Position numbers and translations under genes: made by a program. Source: Blepharisma stoltei ATCC 30299 (lineage: Eukaryota; Protista; Ciliophora). From it: a stretch of DNA of 64,000 bases. Shown in pieces: positions 1 through 13,613 of this stretch. Where the stretch lies: assembly GCA_965603825.1 (NCBI GenBank), contig CBFDEM010000038.1, positions 124,001 to 188,000 on the forward strand, read 5' to 3'. The notes beneath the pieces are model-generated. The model had not been told where the DNA came from, ran no database searches, and saw only the letters and a list, made by a program, of their open reading frames with translations. Position 1 is the stretch's first letter; every line of letters begins with the position of its first letter.

Positions 1-3000
1 TAGTCAAAATATGTTTTTCGAATCTGTTAAGAAAAGGAGCATCTTGTTTTTTTACATCTTCTGGACTTATTAGTGTAATTACATGAAAATTAGGATGCAC
101 TAGACACTTTGGATTAAAATTATCTCCAAGAGAAATTTTGCAATATTTTCGTTGATAATTTTCTGATCCATGGATTGAAAAGCTCTGATTAAATAAATCG
201 TAAAGTGAGCTATAAATGTGGTCCATATCTTTCAGAACTATAGATACGCCTAATTCCATATAAATTATAATATCATTCAAAGACTCAAATCCATAACTAT
301 CTTGATTTATATCATCAGGCAAGCTACTTCCAACTATAATTCTCCTGTTTTTATTATCACTCAAATATTTATCTAAAATAAACATGGCTATATCTGGCTT
401 GCCAATAATCATCAAATACCTTGCATTTGGATCATTTAAGTTATCATTTAACAGTTCAAAAATTTTTGTATTTTTCTTAGGCAAATTTATTTTATGATAA
501 TCATAAAATAAGCTACACATAATAGATTCACCATAGCTTGTGCCTCCAAAATTTCTTTCAATTGCAGCTTTCACACAATTTGTTATAAACTCACTTGTAC
601 TATTTTCTTTATCAATTAGTTTTTCTGATACTCGTTTAATTAAATGATAAAAGTCTCTCAAGCCATAAAAATCAGCAATTTCTGTTTCTTGGGTTTGTGT
701 TTTTAAGCTTGTATATGCCTTAGCAAGCTTCTTAATTATATGGTCGTAAATTTTATTTTCAGTGTATGAATGATAAATATCCAATGCAGTCAGCACCAAG
801 TCATCCTCACATGGATCAGGCCTAGCTAGATATAAAGCTCTATTCATTTTAGAGGCATCTAACCTTCAATTAGAAATCCCGATAAATCCAACTTTAATGT
901 TTTCTTTTTCAAGATATTTGTGAAGAACTTTTAAAGGGTTATATCTTGATAGTTCAGCTAAGCCAATTTCATCAAATACAATCACAGGGAGAACCTCGTG
1001 CCCTATTTTTGGATGTTTTCCAGCTTTTTCAAAAACCTTTATAATTCCTCCAGATTTGCAAGACTCAGAGCCTTGAAAATGCACCATCACTAGCTCTGGC
1101 AAAGTCCTAAAATAATGGTCATTTGATGTTTTACCTCTGAGATTAGAAAATATTAATTCTATCGATAAAGATTTGCTGCTTCCAGGCTTTCCACATATAA
1201 AAACAGGTATTTTATTAACAATACAAGGAATAGCAGCAAAAATGTTTTCTTTTAAAGCATTATTTAAAGCTGTTCCTTTTGGCAATTCCATTCTTTCTAT
1301 ATAGTCATTTTTTTCTAGCTCTATTATTTCCTTAATTTTTAATACACTTATAAAGGGGCTGCTTATAGAATCAGAAATTTTGCGTATAAAACGCTCTCGA
1401 TCTAATTCGGATGCAATTCTTAAGTAATAGCAATGAGAAAAAGAAAGGATTCCCGCTGAAAGATCAGTGTCTTGATTCGCATTAATATATTTTTCATTGA
1501 CTTTAGATTTTGGTGGCAAGTTTAAGTGATCAGAGATAGACTTTTCAAACCATAAATATAAATCAATAAATCTTGATACATCTCTTAAGCTAACACTGCT
1601 GACATCTTCCTCTTCTTGGAAATACTTGTGAGCTATACATATCATATCAGTAAAAACTTCTTTATACTGTGAATTTATGCGGTCAAGCATATTATTAACA
1701 TATTTTCTTACATCTTCATGAGTGAGCGTTCCAAAGTCCCACACATAGTCTATCATGGTTTCAGGGAGCGGTTTTACGAGATGAACCAGCTTACTTTCAT
1801 TCTGCGTTCTTTTTACTTTTTTGATACCAATATTTTGCTGCATTCCTTTTTTTGAAGAAACTCTATAAGGATTACACGCTCCTAGAAACGCAATATTTGA
1901 AGGCAAAGGGTTTCCATCAAGAGTTCTTTCACACATAATTTCACAAATCATTCCAATAGAATCAGTTGTATTGAATTCATCGAAAAACACTCACAATTTT
2001 TCATCTGGGCCGATTTTTTGGGCTTTTTCTGTTATTTTTTTCATTTTGTTTCGTATATCTTCTGATGTGGTGCCTGCATGAATACTAATTTTTGAGTAAA
2101 GCCTTGATGATTCGTCTTTAGTTTCTTCTTCAATTGACGAAGAGCTATGCAAACTGCTTCTAAGAGGCTCTTTTTTGGGCTTTCCTAGCACATTTTCAAC
2201 AAGAAATTGTATCAATGATGTTTTTCCACACCCAGTTTCGCCCATAATAATAACTGGAAGGCCTGAGTAGACTCTAAGATAAATAAGATTCATTTTTAAG
2301 AAATTATCAGGAGTCATTACATATTCGCCATCTCCATACGTTTTTTCCAGTCTTACATTATATCTATTATAATTATTCAATATTTCTAGCAGCTGATAAC
2401 GATTCATTGATGCGTAGTCATCAATTTCAAAATTTTTTCACTGTTCTTTATTTTTGCGTTTTCTTATAAAAATATTTTGTTTTGCTGCTAATTTTTGTAG
2501 AGAAATTAATTCTTTGAAATTTTCTGGAACACAATCTCGATTTCTATATATAGGAATAAAAGACCCATCTTTAAGGAAAATTAGGTGAAAATGGTTTGAT
2601 GATTCTCATTTGATATTATTTTGGTATTTTAAGGCTAAAGAAGAAATTTCATTTGCGTCATCAATTTGGTTCATTAAAATTTTTTCTGAGGACTTTTCTT
2701 GGATTTCTTTAATATTTGATATACATTTAGTTGTGAATTCTTTAGTTGAGCTTAATAAAGACTCAAAGACCATTGTTCGAAAATAGGAGAGTTTTTCTGC
2801 TATATTAGAAAGTCCCAAGTATGATAAATTTTCCTGTATATCTTTTATGATGTCAGGAGAAAATGGACTTCTTTCGAAATTAAGGAGCAGCCAATTTAAT
2901 ATTGATATGAAAATATTCAGTTGCGTATATGTCACACTTTTTTTATCATATTGTTCTTCTATAAAATAATTTTTTATTAAATAAATCAAATGATCCTTCT

Positions 3001-6000
3001 GCAAAATTATTTTATTTTCTATGGCTTTCTTATCGTCAATTAAATGATTCTCATATAAATTCAAATAATTACCCACAACTTGTATAGGATCATCAATTAT
3101 TTGGGGGACTATTAAACGCTCTATATCAAAATAATCAAGATGGCAAGAAGGAACAAAACTTAAATAATCTATAGACTTTAAAAGATTGTCCTGAAAACTA
3201 TTTGCTACTTCAATTAAAATAGGAATCCCTGCATCTAGCACAGAAATACTTTCAGATGTGCTTAAAGTTCTGAAAAGGCAGATATTGATTAAAATTTCGT
3301 TTAATAGAGAAGGGTTGCTTGTATAGCTAATATTTAAAAGCAAAACTGAGTTCCCAGTGACAGTGTTCAACTTCGAAATCATTTTGCATAACTCTGCATA
3401 ATTAATATCACCACCAATAGGAAAAGTGATTAAATTTGACCCTTTCTGTCTTTCCTCCTCTTTTATCATTACTGATTTTCCAAGTCCTGCAAAAGATGAA
3501 GTTATTACTCGGCTTTGATTTTCTATTTCACTTATCTTTATCTTTATTTTTTCATCACTTAAAATTTTATTCGAGCTGAATCTATTTACCTTTGGGACTT
3601 TTAAATATATTAAATACTGCAGTAAGTAGCATTTTGGGTTTGCTGTAATTATTCCGAGCCCTGATTTTATTGGCGATAAGCCGTATAACTCATTGAAAAG
3701 TAATTTAAAATTTATTTGATTTTCTAAAGAGAGATTTTCACAGTTTATTAGGCAGTAGATATTGCAAGAAGGGTCTTTAAAGTATCTATATAGAAAGGAT
3801 TTAAGTTCTCTTCAATAAGTGCAGCTTTTACAAAATAAGACTTGAGAGGCACTAGGAAAAGAGAGCTTATAGTATTCATAAATAGAAAAAATCCCATTGA
3901 GATATTTTGTTGTGTCAAGAATGATGATTTCGCCTTGGAAGGCTAAAATTTCTGGGTTTGGAGGAATGCCATTTAAATTAGGGATTTCGTTCAGAACAAT
4001 TCCTAATTTCATTAATCTCTCTTCTGGTAGCCCATCTTTAATGTATTGTACTGAAAGTTCTGTCTGTTTCCCCATAAACTTTAATAAGCTTATTGCCTCG
4101 TTTTTTGATACACAGGATGAGTCAATAATATAATTTTCTAAAGTCCAAAACTGGTTTCCACTCAAAAATGTTAACCAAAAACACTCCTTATAGGAATTGC
4201 TCAAATTTTTCTCCCAAGATTTAAATAGCCGCTGTATTTCCTTTTTTAATTGGATTACGGCTTCATAGTCTCCATCACAACAGCTAAATTCTTCATTAAG
4301 CTTATCCTCCAATTTTGGATAGCCACTTTGATATAAATCATTCATACAGTTGATAATTTTATTTATTAAGTTGATATAATTCACAAAAACATCAAAATAT
4401 TGTAATCCTCCATCATTATGCGTGCATGAGGACTGATAGGTGTGCATTATCAACTGTGCTCGATTTTTAAGTTCATTAATATCTGATATATCAAACTGCT
4501 TTTTCGCATTCTCAGAATATACTAAATCAATGAGATATTCATTATTTTCAAATTTCAGTTTAAAGCTTGATTTTTTCACAATTCCAAAAATTTGTTTCTT
4601 TTTAGCTTCTTCTTTGCAATTTATTTCAATATGCAACTTTGTTATAGCATTGAGTTGTGCAGCACATGAGCAAAGCTGACTAGGGACAGATTTAAAATCT
4701 TTTCCATTATCACAATTTGATGCAAATAATTGACTGAGCTGAGCAAAATTAGACAAAGAATCCTTTATATCTCTGATACAATATCATAAGTTTTCTAAAT
4801 CTAATATGGTCTGCATGCTAACAAACTCAATTTCATAGTCATTTATGCCTTCTTTCATATCCTTTATTTCACCTTCTCTTAAGCTTAACAAGAAGAGCAC
4901 AAGCTCTTTTGATTTCGCTATTTCTTGAAGTGAAGCGGCTAATGAATTTTTTTGCTCTTTCGACAAATTTTGAAACAGTTCATGGATTTTGGCTGATTCG
5001 TTTAAAAATTCATAAATGCAATAATTGTAAAGATTTGATGATAATTTAATGTAGTCAGAGCATATTTTCAAAACATTAATATCTGCTTCTCCTGTAATTT
5101 CTTTGAGACCAATTATTCCATGACATGCGTTTAACAAAGTATCATTCTCTTGATATCTCTCCAAAAATTCTCTAAAACGAGCTATCTTATCAAAAGCAAA
5201 GAGACCTTCATTCTTCATAAGGCTGGCAATGATTTCTATCTCTTTGTCAACATCTTGTATTTTAGAAAATATTTTTATGAATTCTCCCAATGGATAATTA
5301 GCACTAGCATCAAGAAACAATTTAATCAAGTTTTGAATCATTTTATCATATGAATTTCTACAGCCTTCAATTATTTTGTGAATGTCCAATTTGGGTGAAC
5401 TTGATGTTGTTAATAATATTTTGCATTCGGGCAGATAATAATTATTAAATATATATGAGTCAATTGCAAGCCCAATTTCACATGATATATCTACTATCAT
5501 TTTAATTTGTTGTGGAAATTCAAATTTAGCCAATTTAATTTCTAAAAATTTTTTCATTAAATCTTTATGTTCTTTCTCTATAGCTTCATAGTCTACCATA
5601 ATATCTTGAAAATGGCAAATAAATCTATTGAAAGAATTTAAACTGTTTTCGATTTCATTTTTTTTTTCTATAGCTTCTTCAATTGCCATAGAAAAATTTA
5701 GCTTTTCTTTATCTAAATTATTAAATGAAATTTCTAATAGATTTATCATGTCTGATCTCTGTTGTTTAAGCTGATTTTTGATAGTATCGATTTCAGATAA
5801 AGTAATATCTTTATTATATATTTTCTCTCCTATTTTGGATATTGTGCTTATAAGCAACTTTGGATGTTTAAATGATGTTAATTTTTTGTTTGAGTTGAAT
5901 ATTCAGCCCCATCATTTTTTCTTTTGAGGTTCAGTAAATAAAGCATTTTTAATATATTGCTCTGAATACTCATATACAATAAGAGAGAGTTCTCTCTCTA

Positions 6001-7969
6001 TAAGGGTGCTCAGAGTTTTATTTTTTTCATTTTTTTCATGAAGTTTAGAAAATTTTTTAAGTATTTTTTCGACTTTATCATTTTCTGAGATTTCTTTACC
6101 CAAAAGCAGTTCCTTCTCGTTTTTTAATTCTATTTCAATATAAGCCTCATTTAAAATTTCATTTTGGCAATTATCGATATTTACCACACAGCTCAGAAAT
6201 TCTTTCTTTATGTTTTTGCATCTTAATAAAAGACGCTCTACAAAAATAAAGCAGAGCCTTTCTAAATTTTTTTGGTTTTCAATCGAAAGAGCTTCACTTT
6301 TAAAATTGGAGATAATATCCTCAACTTTTTGATGATTAGCAATAATATTATTTGACCATTTTTCAAAAAATGAGTCAACAACAGAGATTTTGAAATTAAA
6401 AGTATTGCACACTATTGAAAATTCAATTTTGTCTTCATATATAAGTGTTTCAGAAAGTTCAATGGCGGAATAGTAGTCAGAATAAAAAACATCATAATAA
6501 TTTTTGAATATTTGTTCGTAGCAATGAAGCCTGATCTTTATTTTTTCAGTGCTTTGTTTTAAAATGTTTCATATCATTGCTCTTGCCTTATTGTTATACA
6601 TTAAGAGCTTAAATTCTTGGTCAAGGCTGCAAAGTACTCTAAAAAATTCAACGATATTATCCAAGCTTGATATATATTTTTCGCAATATTCTTCTACTAA
6701 AGTATCAATATCCTTAATTGATTTATTTTTAGCCAATTCATTAGTCTCTTTCAAACAAACTAATTGCAGGCTTCTAAAAAATTCATCACAGCTTAAACCT
6801 TGACTAACTATTTTTTTGAATATGCAGATTCATCTCTTTAAATTGAAAGAATTTATTTTGCTAATAATAAAATTTTTTTGTTCAATATTTAAAGGAATTT
6901 TAAGTTCATCCAAATCTTTTAAAAAGTGTTCTAAGATTTCAAATTTCGAATCATCACCCATATTGTAATCAAAAACATTTCAGATTTTCCTATCTTCTTT
7001 CATCTTAAATGCCATTAAATGGGCTAATCCTTTTAAGAAATGAGGATCCGATTCTAAATTTTGAAATTGGTCAGTGTTTTCTAATAAAACTTGAGACTTG
7101 CTGAAATTGACATCTGGGATCATTGAATGAGTGATGCATGATATCAAAGAGACAAGAGCATGGAGCTTCTCTATAGACAGTTGAGGATATGATGAAATAA
7201 ATTCTTCCAATATTTCAAGGAAAATTTTTGCATTATCATAATCAGTAATATCAAATCCATATTTCGCTTTAAATTGCTTAATAAGCATTGGAATAGTTTT
7301 CTCCCAATTGAGATTTTTTAATAAATAGTCTGCGTAAATTGATAGCTGCTTGAATGAACCACTTACAGATTCACCATCAGGTCTAACAGCCCCTAACGAA
7401 TATATGGTAACTATATTAACATCAAACAAGAAATTATTTTGAAACTCCAAATTAACGCCTCTGCATTGACCCCCACTTTCTCAGTTCTCTTTAATTTTAT
7501 CTAAAGATTTATCATAAAACATGAGCTTAACTTGAATGCATCCATTCCACCCTTTATTAAGTTGAATAGGCATTTCAAAAATTTTAATATTTTGGTCAAA
7601 TTTTTTACAATATCCTTCTAATATTTTGAACTTTTGAAATTTAATTGGGTAGCTGTCGCTTCCAATTATTGCAAGCTGAAGAGAATTATTTTCACGCTCT
7701 TGAGGAGTGAGCTTGTATAAGGCATAAATAGTGCAAATGTTTGCTGAAGTATCTTCGCAGTCGCTGAACTTATCCTTGGGTTGCTCTTCAGTAATGCTTT
7801 TTATTTTCTTTTCAGGATGGCATGGCTGATCTGTCAGTTCTGCTATAGGTGAAATTATGTTTCTCAATTTATAATTTTCATCAGAACGAGATTCTTCAGG
7901 TATTAGATCCTCAGCCTTTCCCTCCTCTTTTTCGCAAAACGCTAGCTCTTTTGCTTCTTCAGCACTCAT
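1..7969 (-). CDS. RNF213: RNF213/mysterin-like giant AAA+ ATPase, copy A (5' part; runs off the left edge, >2650 aa)
   Basis: All minus-strand ORF pieces from ATG 7969 to base 1 are in one frame, and the gaps I translated contain only TGA (=Trp). RNF213-type motifs: TSSFAGLGKS, PVIIMGETGCGKT, W-VFFDEFNTT, LGACNPYR, SLRDVSRF, CGKPGSSKSLS, VFDEIGLAE, GFIGISN-W-RLDASKMNR, FYGLRDFY, PFLNRFEKH. Confidence 0.9.
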
Positions 7970-8064
7970 ATTTTTATAATAGGCATTTTCTCTCTGTTAA
8001 TTTTAGGATTCTACATTTTTGTAAAGGTAAATGGAGAATTAAATACGCACTAAAGTTTTATTAA
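7967..8064 (-). promoter_or_regulatory. Upstream motifs shared with the RNF213-like copy B promoter
   Basis: Plus-strand GGATTCTACAT at 8006-8016 and ACTAAAGTTTTATTAA at 8049-8064 recur at 52862-52872 and 52877-52892 (ACTAAAGCTTTATTAA). The start contexts are GCCTATTATAAAAATATG (A) and GCCTTTATATAAAATATG (B). Confidence 0.5.
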
Positions 8065-8619
8065 ATAGGCATATATATATACTGAATTTGCTTAGATTTC
8101 AAGGAAGATCATATGAATGGTGAATTAGTAAATAATTTATAGGGATTTGGAGCCTTTTTTAATGTCTTGAACAAGAAAGTGGTAAACAATTCAGCTTCAA
8201 TTACTCTAGACAATAAGGAATTTGCTCACTGGGTATAAGTTTTAAAAATATCTATAACTTTTATATAAAATATAGATAAAGAAATACATTTTCTAATCAT
8301 ACAAAAACAAGTTTTAATAATAGTGAAGTACTCTGAATTAATATAGAATTTAGAACAAGTCCAACCCTAAATTTATGTTTTTCTTAAAATTTAGATTTTT
8401 ATGTGACAGGAGATATGCAGGATGACCTGAAATTTTTGCTGGGCATGGAATTTTGGGATCAATATCCTTCAATTTAGAGATAGGCAATGTGAAAAGCGAG
8501 AGGTAGACAAAGATGCAAGAGGCAGAGGAATGAAAGAAAGAAAGAAATTGAAAAGCTGAAAGGGCCTGTAAGATAAAGAGTCGATTGGAAATACAGGTAG
8601 GATAGTTAAAATGGGAGCA

Positions 8620-8800
8620 AAAGCACCAAGCGAGAATCCATCATCTATCTTAAACTGTATATCTTAAAATTGACTGAATCAACAAATTCAATATTTCAAA
8701 AACTAGATTAAGCTAATAAGAAATATTTAGAGGCTACTAAGTAATGAAGAGAATGATATATTACATCATGAGCCTTAGCTTATAAATACAGATTTTAAGA
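8620..8800 (+). mobile_element. Possible highly decayed non-LTR retrotransposon relic
   Basis: A stop-riddled frame reads KLIRNI*RLLSNEENDILHHEP*L, loosely resembling the post-RT region of LINE ORF2. Weak. Confidence 0.2.
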
Positions 8801-9047
8801 TAATAGATAAAATATAATAAGCAATGCATTTAAAGATAGAGCAAAAAAACTAAAATATAAAAAATAGCACCTCTTAGCCGAATAAATATTTGACTTACTA
8901 CTGAAGGGGATTATTTATTATTTCAATTTATTATGTATTAATTTTAGAAAGTAAGATAATAAAATGAATTTATTCACAAATTTATGCCTCAAAGTTTTAT
9001 CTATCTAAACATTTAGATTACTAGTAATTTCTTGCCTATATATTAAA

Positions 9048-9195
9048 AAAGCTCAATTTTTGAAGAATTTGAGGATACAGGAATCTATGAAAATACTCTA
9101 CTTCCCGAACTAGGTGATTAATAAAAAGTAAATATGCAAAAGCATTTGCAGAGGTAGCTTTATTATAAAGCATTAACAATTCTCAACGTTTATAA
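9048..9195 (+). repeat. ~150 bp direct repeat, copy 1 (copy 2 at 13614-13762)
   Basis: Shared long tracts such as CAGGAATCTATGAAAATACTCTA and CAAAAGCATTTGCAGAGGTAGCTTTATTATAAAGCATTAACAATTCTCAACG. Confidence 0.9.
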
Positions 9196-9217
9196 TCTGA
9201 ATAGGCAAATTAGGAGT

Positions 9218-9942
9218 ACATCATGAATCCCTAAGATGACTCTTTTTAGAAATGAAAATAAAGGTAATACCCTGTCGGGTGTGGGCTGAGGCTTTCCTCT
9301 TATGAAATTTGATACTACTCATGACAGCATCTTTATCAAGCTCTGTTTATGAAAGTCCACTCCAGCCAAAAACTCATAAACATAATTGAATTTTGTGTAG
9401 TTTAAAATTGCATCTCTACATTTAGCAGAGTCTCCAGTGATAATTCCAAAAGCCCACATCACCTGTTCTTTAATATCATTATTATTTTTCTTAAAACTGT
9501 AAACAAAAATGGTAACACACCAAGATTGAGCAAGTAAGAGCCCTGTTCTGAACTTCCTGACAAAATATTTGTAAATAGTCATGTAGCTTCAAATAAAAAT
9601 TTATCGTCATCTTTTTCGTATGCCAAGGAAATGATATGTTGGTAAATCCCTGTTTTGATGACATCGTCTATAAGTGGGTTATCAACTATAGATAGTGATT
9701 GTCTGAGAAACTGTAAACCTTCAAATTGGAGAACTTAGTTATTTGAGCGGATTTTGTTAGCGGTAGCTAAGATTTGTTGGTCTTCAATTTGGATATCAGT
9801 GTGAGATGCACCTGCTAGATTCGCAGGAGCTGCTGGGTTTAGACTTTGACTATCAGGGGCTTGAATATTATCATTAGAAATAGCAGAAGCAATTGGGCTA
9901 TTTTCTTGATTGGCTGGATCGTTGATGTTCTGTATATTCCAT
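9218..9942 (-). pseudogene. Importin-alpha pseudogene (copy 1), 3'-truncated
   Basis: Aligns to 16803-16075. It has a frameshift just after the ATG, an in-frame TAA (AAC TAA GTT vs AAC TCA GTG in the intact copy), and homology ends near 9218. Confidence 0.85.
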
Positions 9943-10388
9943 TTATTAAAAATATATTAATTTTAAAGGTAATTAGGGATTTTGAGATATTTAATTTGTA
10001 TTCATATTATTGGGTAATCAAATAAGCAAAGGAATAAAAATTCAGAAATTGGAAAGGCTTGTGGAATCTTTAGAATGTTTTGGTGAAGCAATTAAGATTG
10101 ATTCAATGAATTCTGAGTTACAAAATGGAAAAGGAATAATCATTTTATATGAAATTATGTCGAAAAAATCAGCTTTTAAACGCACTTTGGCTATAACACT
10201 ATTTAAAGTTTTATTAATAAAATAATTAATAAACATTATTTTCTTGCAACTTTATATTTTCAATCTTACCGATAAATTGAATTCTGCAATAATAATTTAA
10301 CTGCAAATCATTAATTATAGTCTATTCTTAAATCCTTTGTGTCTGTAGTTGATAATTTTTTCAATGCTCCAAATTATCTGTAATATAA

Positions 10389-13300
10389 ATGCTGAGGCTA
10401 AGGTTTTTTGCCAAAGGATTCTCTCGCTCGTTTTCAGAATTTCCAAATCACTACAACATAGAAAAAGCTCGGATAGATCTAAAACTTGCAAGTGCTAAAA
10501 ATTTAGATTCATTTATAAACGATTTAGACTTGTCCAAAACTTCTCATTCAATGCTTGCATACACACTGACGAATGTTGATACGCAAAAGCGAAAACTTGA
10601 ATCAGAAGTCTGAAAAAAGTTACATAAAATTAGAAACGAAGTGGAAGGGAACCTTGACAAACTTGATTCTCAAGGTATCGTCAATTTTTGTGAGTGATAT
10701 GCAAACCCTTATCGTGTAGCCAAAGGAGCATCTCTAACAAAAGAGAAGAAGAAATTATTAATTGATCGCATAAATGAGTATATAATTAATCGCTCTTTTG
10801 ACCGAAAACAAATTTTATCAATCCACGAAAATTTGGCGCCTCAAGCGTTTAAAATAGAAGAACTAGAAAATGAAGTTGAAAAAATTGCTATGAGCAAATT
10901 AAATTTGGAAGAAATTTCAAAAATTTTGACTGGAACTGGAAGATTAATCTATACTTCAAAGAAACGTATTTTTTTCACTTGCATGGAAAGAATCCTTCAA
11001 CTAAATAAAGAAGAGCTTGATGGAAGGCGCTTAGCCAAAATTCTAGACGCTTTAGCTATTAAATGCCCTATGAGCGTACAGAATTGTTTATCAGATTTTT
11101 TAAAATTTATTGAAGATAGTTTGCCTAGATGAGAAGGAAATGATTTATTATCAGTAATCAAGTTCTATGAGAATAGCAATCCTTTCTATTGGAGTACATG
11201 CCAAACTGCATTATACAGACTGAATACTTTGCTTAGTAATGATCAACCCATACATTTTATAATTGAATTGACTTCTCTTTTAAAAAAACAAGCTAAAGCT
11301 CTACCTATTGCTGATAAAATAATTTTAAAAGGTTTGCAAATAATTAAGGAAAAATTGTCGAAAGAATCAATAGACTCAGAAAATATTAAAAAAATACTTA
11401 GGATTATAGGCCAAAATATTGATTATCAGACTGCACTTACATTAGCACACCAGATAAATAGTAAAACCCTTTATTTTCAAAAACGCATGGAAATATTTGA
11501 AAAAGCATCATGATTATATGTTAACAAAGAAGGAAATCTTTTCCCTTTGACAGATTTAATTTCAATTGAAATTAACTATATAAGAATTAAAAATCTTGAA
11601 TATCCTGAACATCGCTGCAAAATAGATGCATTATTCAGCATTAGTCATACAAATAATTATGAACTATATGGACTGCAAAAAATGAAAGATTTACTTATAG
11701 ATGACTTAAGAGAGTGAATTACTTTAAGTGGTGACAATACTAAACTTTTTATGAATATTGTTCACAATAAAGAATATAGTTCAAAGTTCTGTAGAGCAAT
11801 AAAACCTTTGCAAGCCACAGCTTTTCGCTCATTAAAAAGATTATCGAAGGAATGTAATTCCTTATTTTTTTCGATTTTGCTTTATGAGTGTGATCCTGAA
11901 AAATGAAAAGACTTTGTGATCGAAAATAAAAATAACTTTTCATTTGAAGATATCTTAAGAGCAATAAGATTCTATCAAGGACCTTTTGAGGCAATTATAT
12001 TTTTACTAGAAGAGTATAAAAATAAGTTAGCTCCACGATGGATAGGTGCAGCTATGGATAGAATTGTTGAAGTGGAAAATGTTCAAGTCTTAAATGATTT
12101 TGCCCGTATTTTAAACAAAATAGACCCTCATTATTTATTAAATGATGCAGGTATATTTTCTAGAATAAATAAATTCAGTTATCTACTTAGGAATTCCGAC
12201 TCTAGTTTGCTGATAGATTTATTTGATGGCGCATTTAAATTACTAAAAGACCTACCTATTCATTCTGTCCTTGGCAATCAAAACATCAGAATACTCAGCT
12301 TAGTTTCACAATTTGGCAAGCTAGAACCGGAAATAGCTGATTCTGTTTTATCTAACTATTCTTATGTAAATGATATTGATAAAATAGAGATGCTGACTAT
12401 TTCTTCAAAATCTACTGATTTGGAGCTGAGAAAAAATATAATCAATAACGTTTTCAACAAGATCAATGAGAAATTGAATTTTCATCTTCTTCCTTTGATT
12501 ATTAGGGAATATTGATATCATCCAAATACAGAAATTGATAATTATATTATAGATGCATTGAAAAAATTTGTTCCACTTTTAGGAAAAAACAGTGTCTGAA
12601 TTATGGCAGATGTAATTAGCAAGCTTTCCCAAGTGAATATAAATGATCATTTAGAGCTATATAATGCAATATCATCCTTACTAAAAGAATTGGCTTTAAA
12701 TAATGTTGGAAAATTATCATATCCAGATTGTGATAAATTGCTGGATTTAGCTCATAATAATATACCTATGGATCTTAATTTTGCTCAAATAATATCGGAG
12801 AACAGTAGGAATTATAAATTATTAGATAAAGAGAGCAAAAGAGAACATTTCATTGAAAAAATAAAAACAATAGGATTATTTGACAAAAATGCAGTTTTAG
12901 CAGTTTGTAATAAGCATGATAATTTTAGAACAGCTTATTTAGCAGAAACTATTTCATGTTTGGCAGAATTAAGATTTGAAAAAGAGGCATGGGCTAACCA
13001 AATGGCTAATGAATTGATAGATTACGTGGAAGATAAAAAGATTTCATTTGAAAATGATAAAGAGCACATCAATTGGATATATGGGCTTGTTGCTTTTAAA
13101 GCTAATAAATTAGAAACTATGAGACATATAGAAAACAGTAAATATTTTGACTGCGAATTGCCAACTTTTAAGCACTTTTTACTGGAGAATCACTTCAGCA
13201 TGGACCCAGATTACGAAGGAGTGAGATTTCTCAATCAAGAAATACACAAATATTGACAGGATTTTGACTATTTTAAGCATTTTGGAATCCATAAGCCACT

Positions 13301-13577
13301 TATCACACTTATTGAATCATCATTCAATAAAGTCAATCTTGAAATACAAATCGGAACATTTTTTGACAAGAGTTGGGTACCTTTTTACATTCCAAGCAAA
13401 AAGACAGCTTTATGGCCAGTGACAAAATCGGTTCTTTTGTATCAATCAAATAAAGAAAGAGGAGAATTTTTTATGTACCGAAACCAAATTCTTAGAAAGA
13501 TAAAAGATTTTAAAATCCTTAGTGAAGAAGAGGTGAATAGTATAGGAAAAATAGATATGAAGCAATTTCTTAATTAA
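10389..13577 (+). CDS. Putative mitochondrial-targeted helical-repeat protein with RAP-like C-terminus, copy 1 (1062 aa)
   Basis: One open frame with TGA=Trp, ending TAA at 13575-13577. The N-terminus MLRLRFFAKGFSRSFS is basic and acid-free like a presequence. The body is Leu/Ile-rich and helical. The C-terminus WVPFYIPSKKTALWPV...RGEFFMYRNQILRKIKDFKILSEEE resembles a RAP/FASTK-type domain. The gene model is solid; the product call is inference. Confidence 0.7.
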
Positions 13578-13613
13578 ATTGAATTATTCAATAATAATTT
13601 AGCTGCAAATCAT

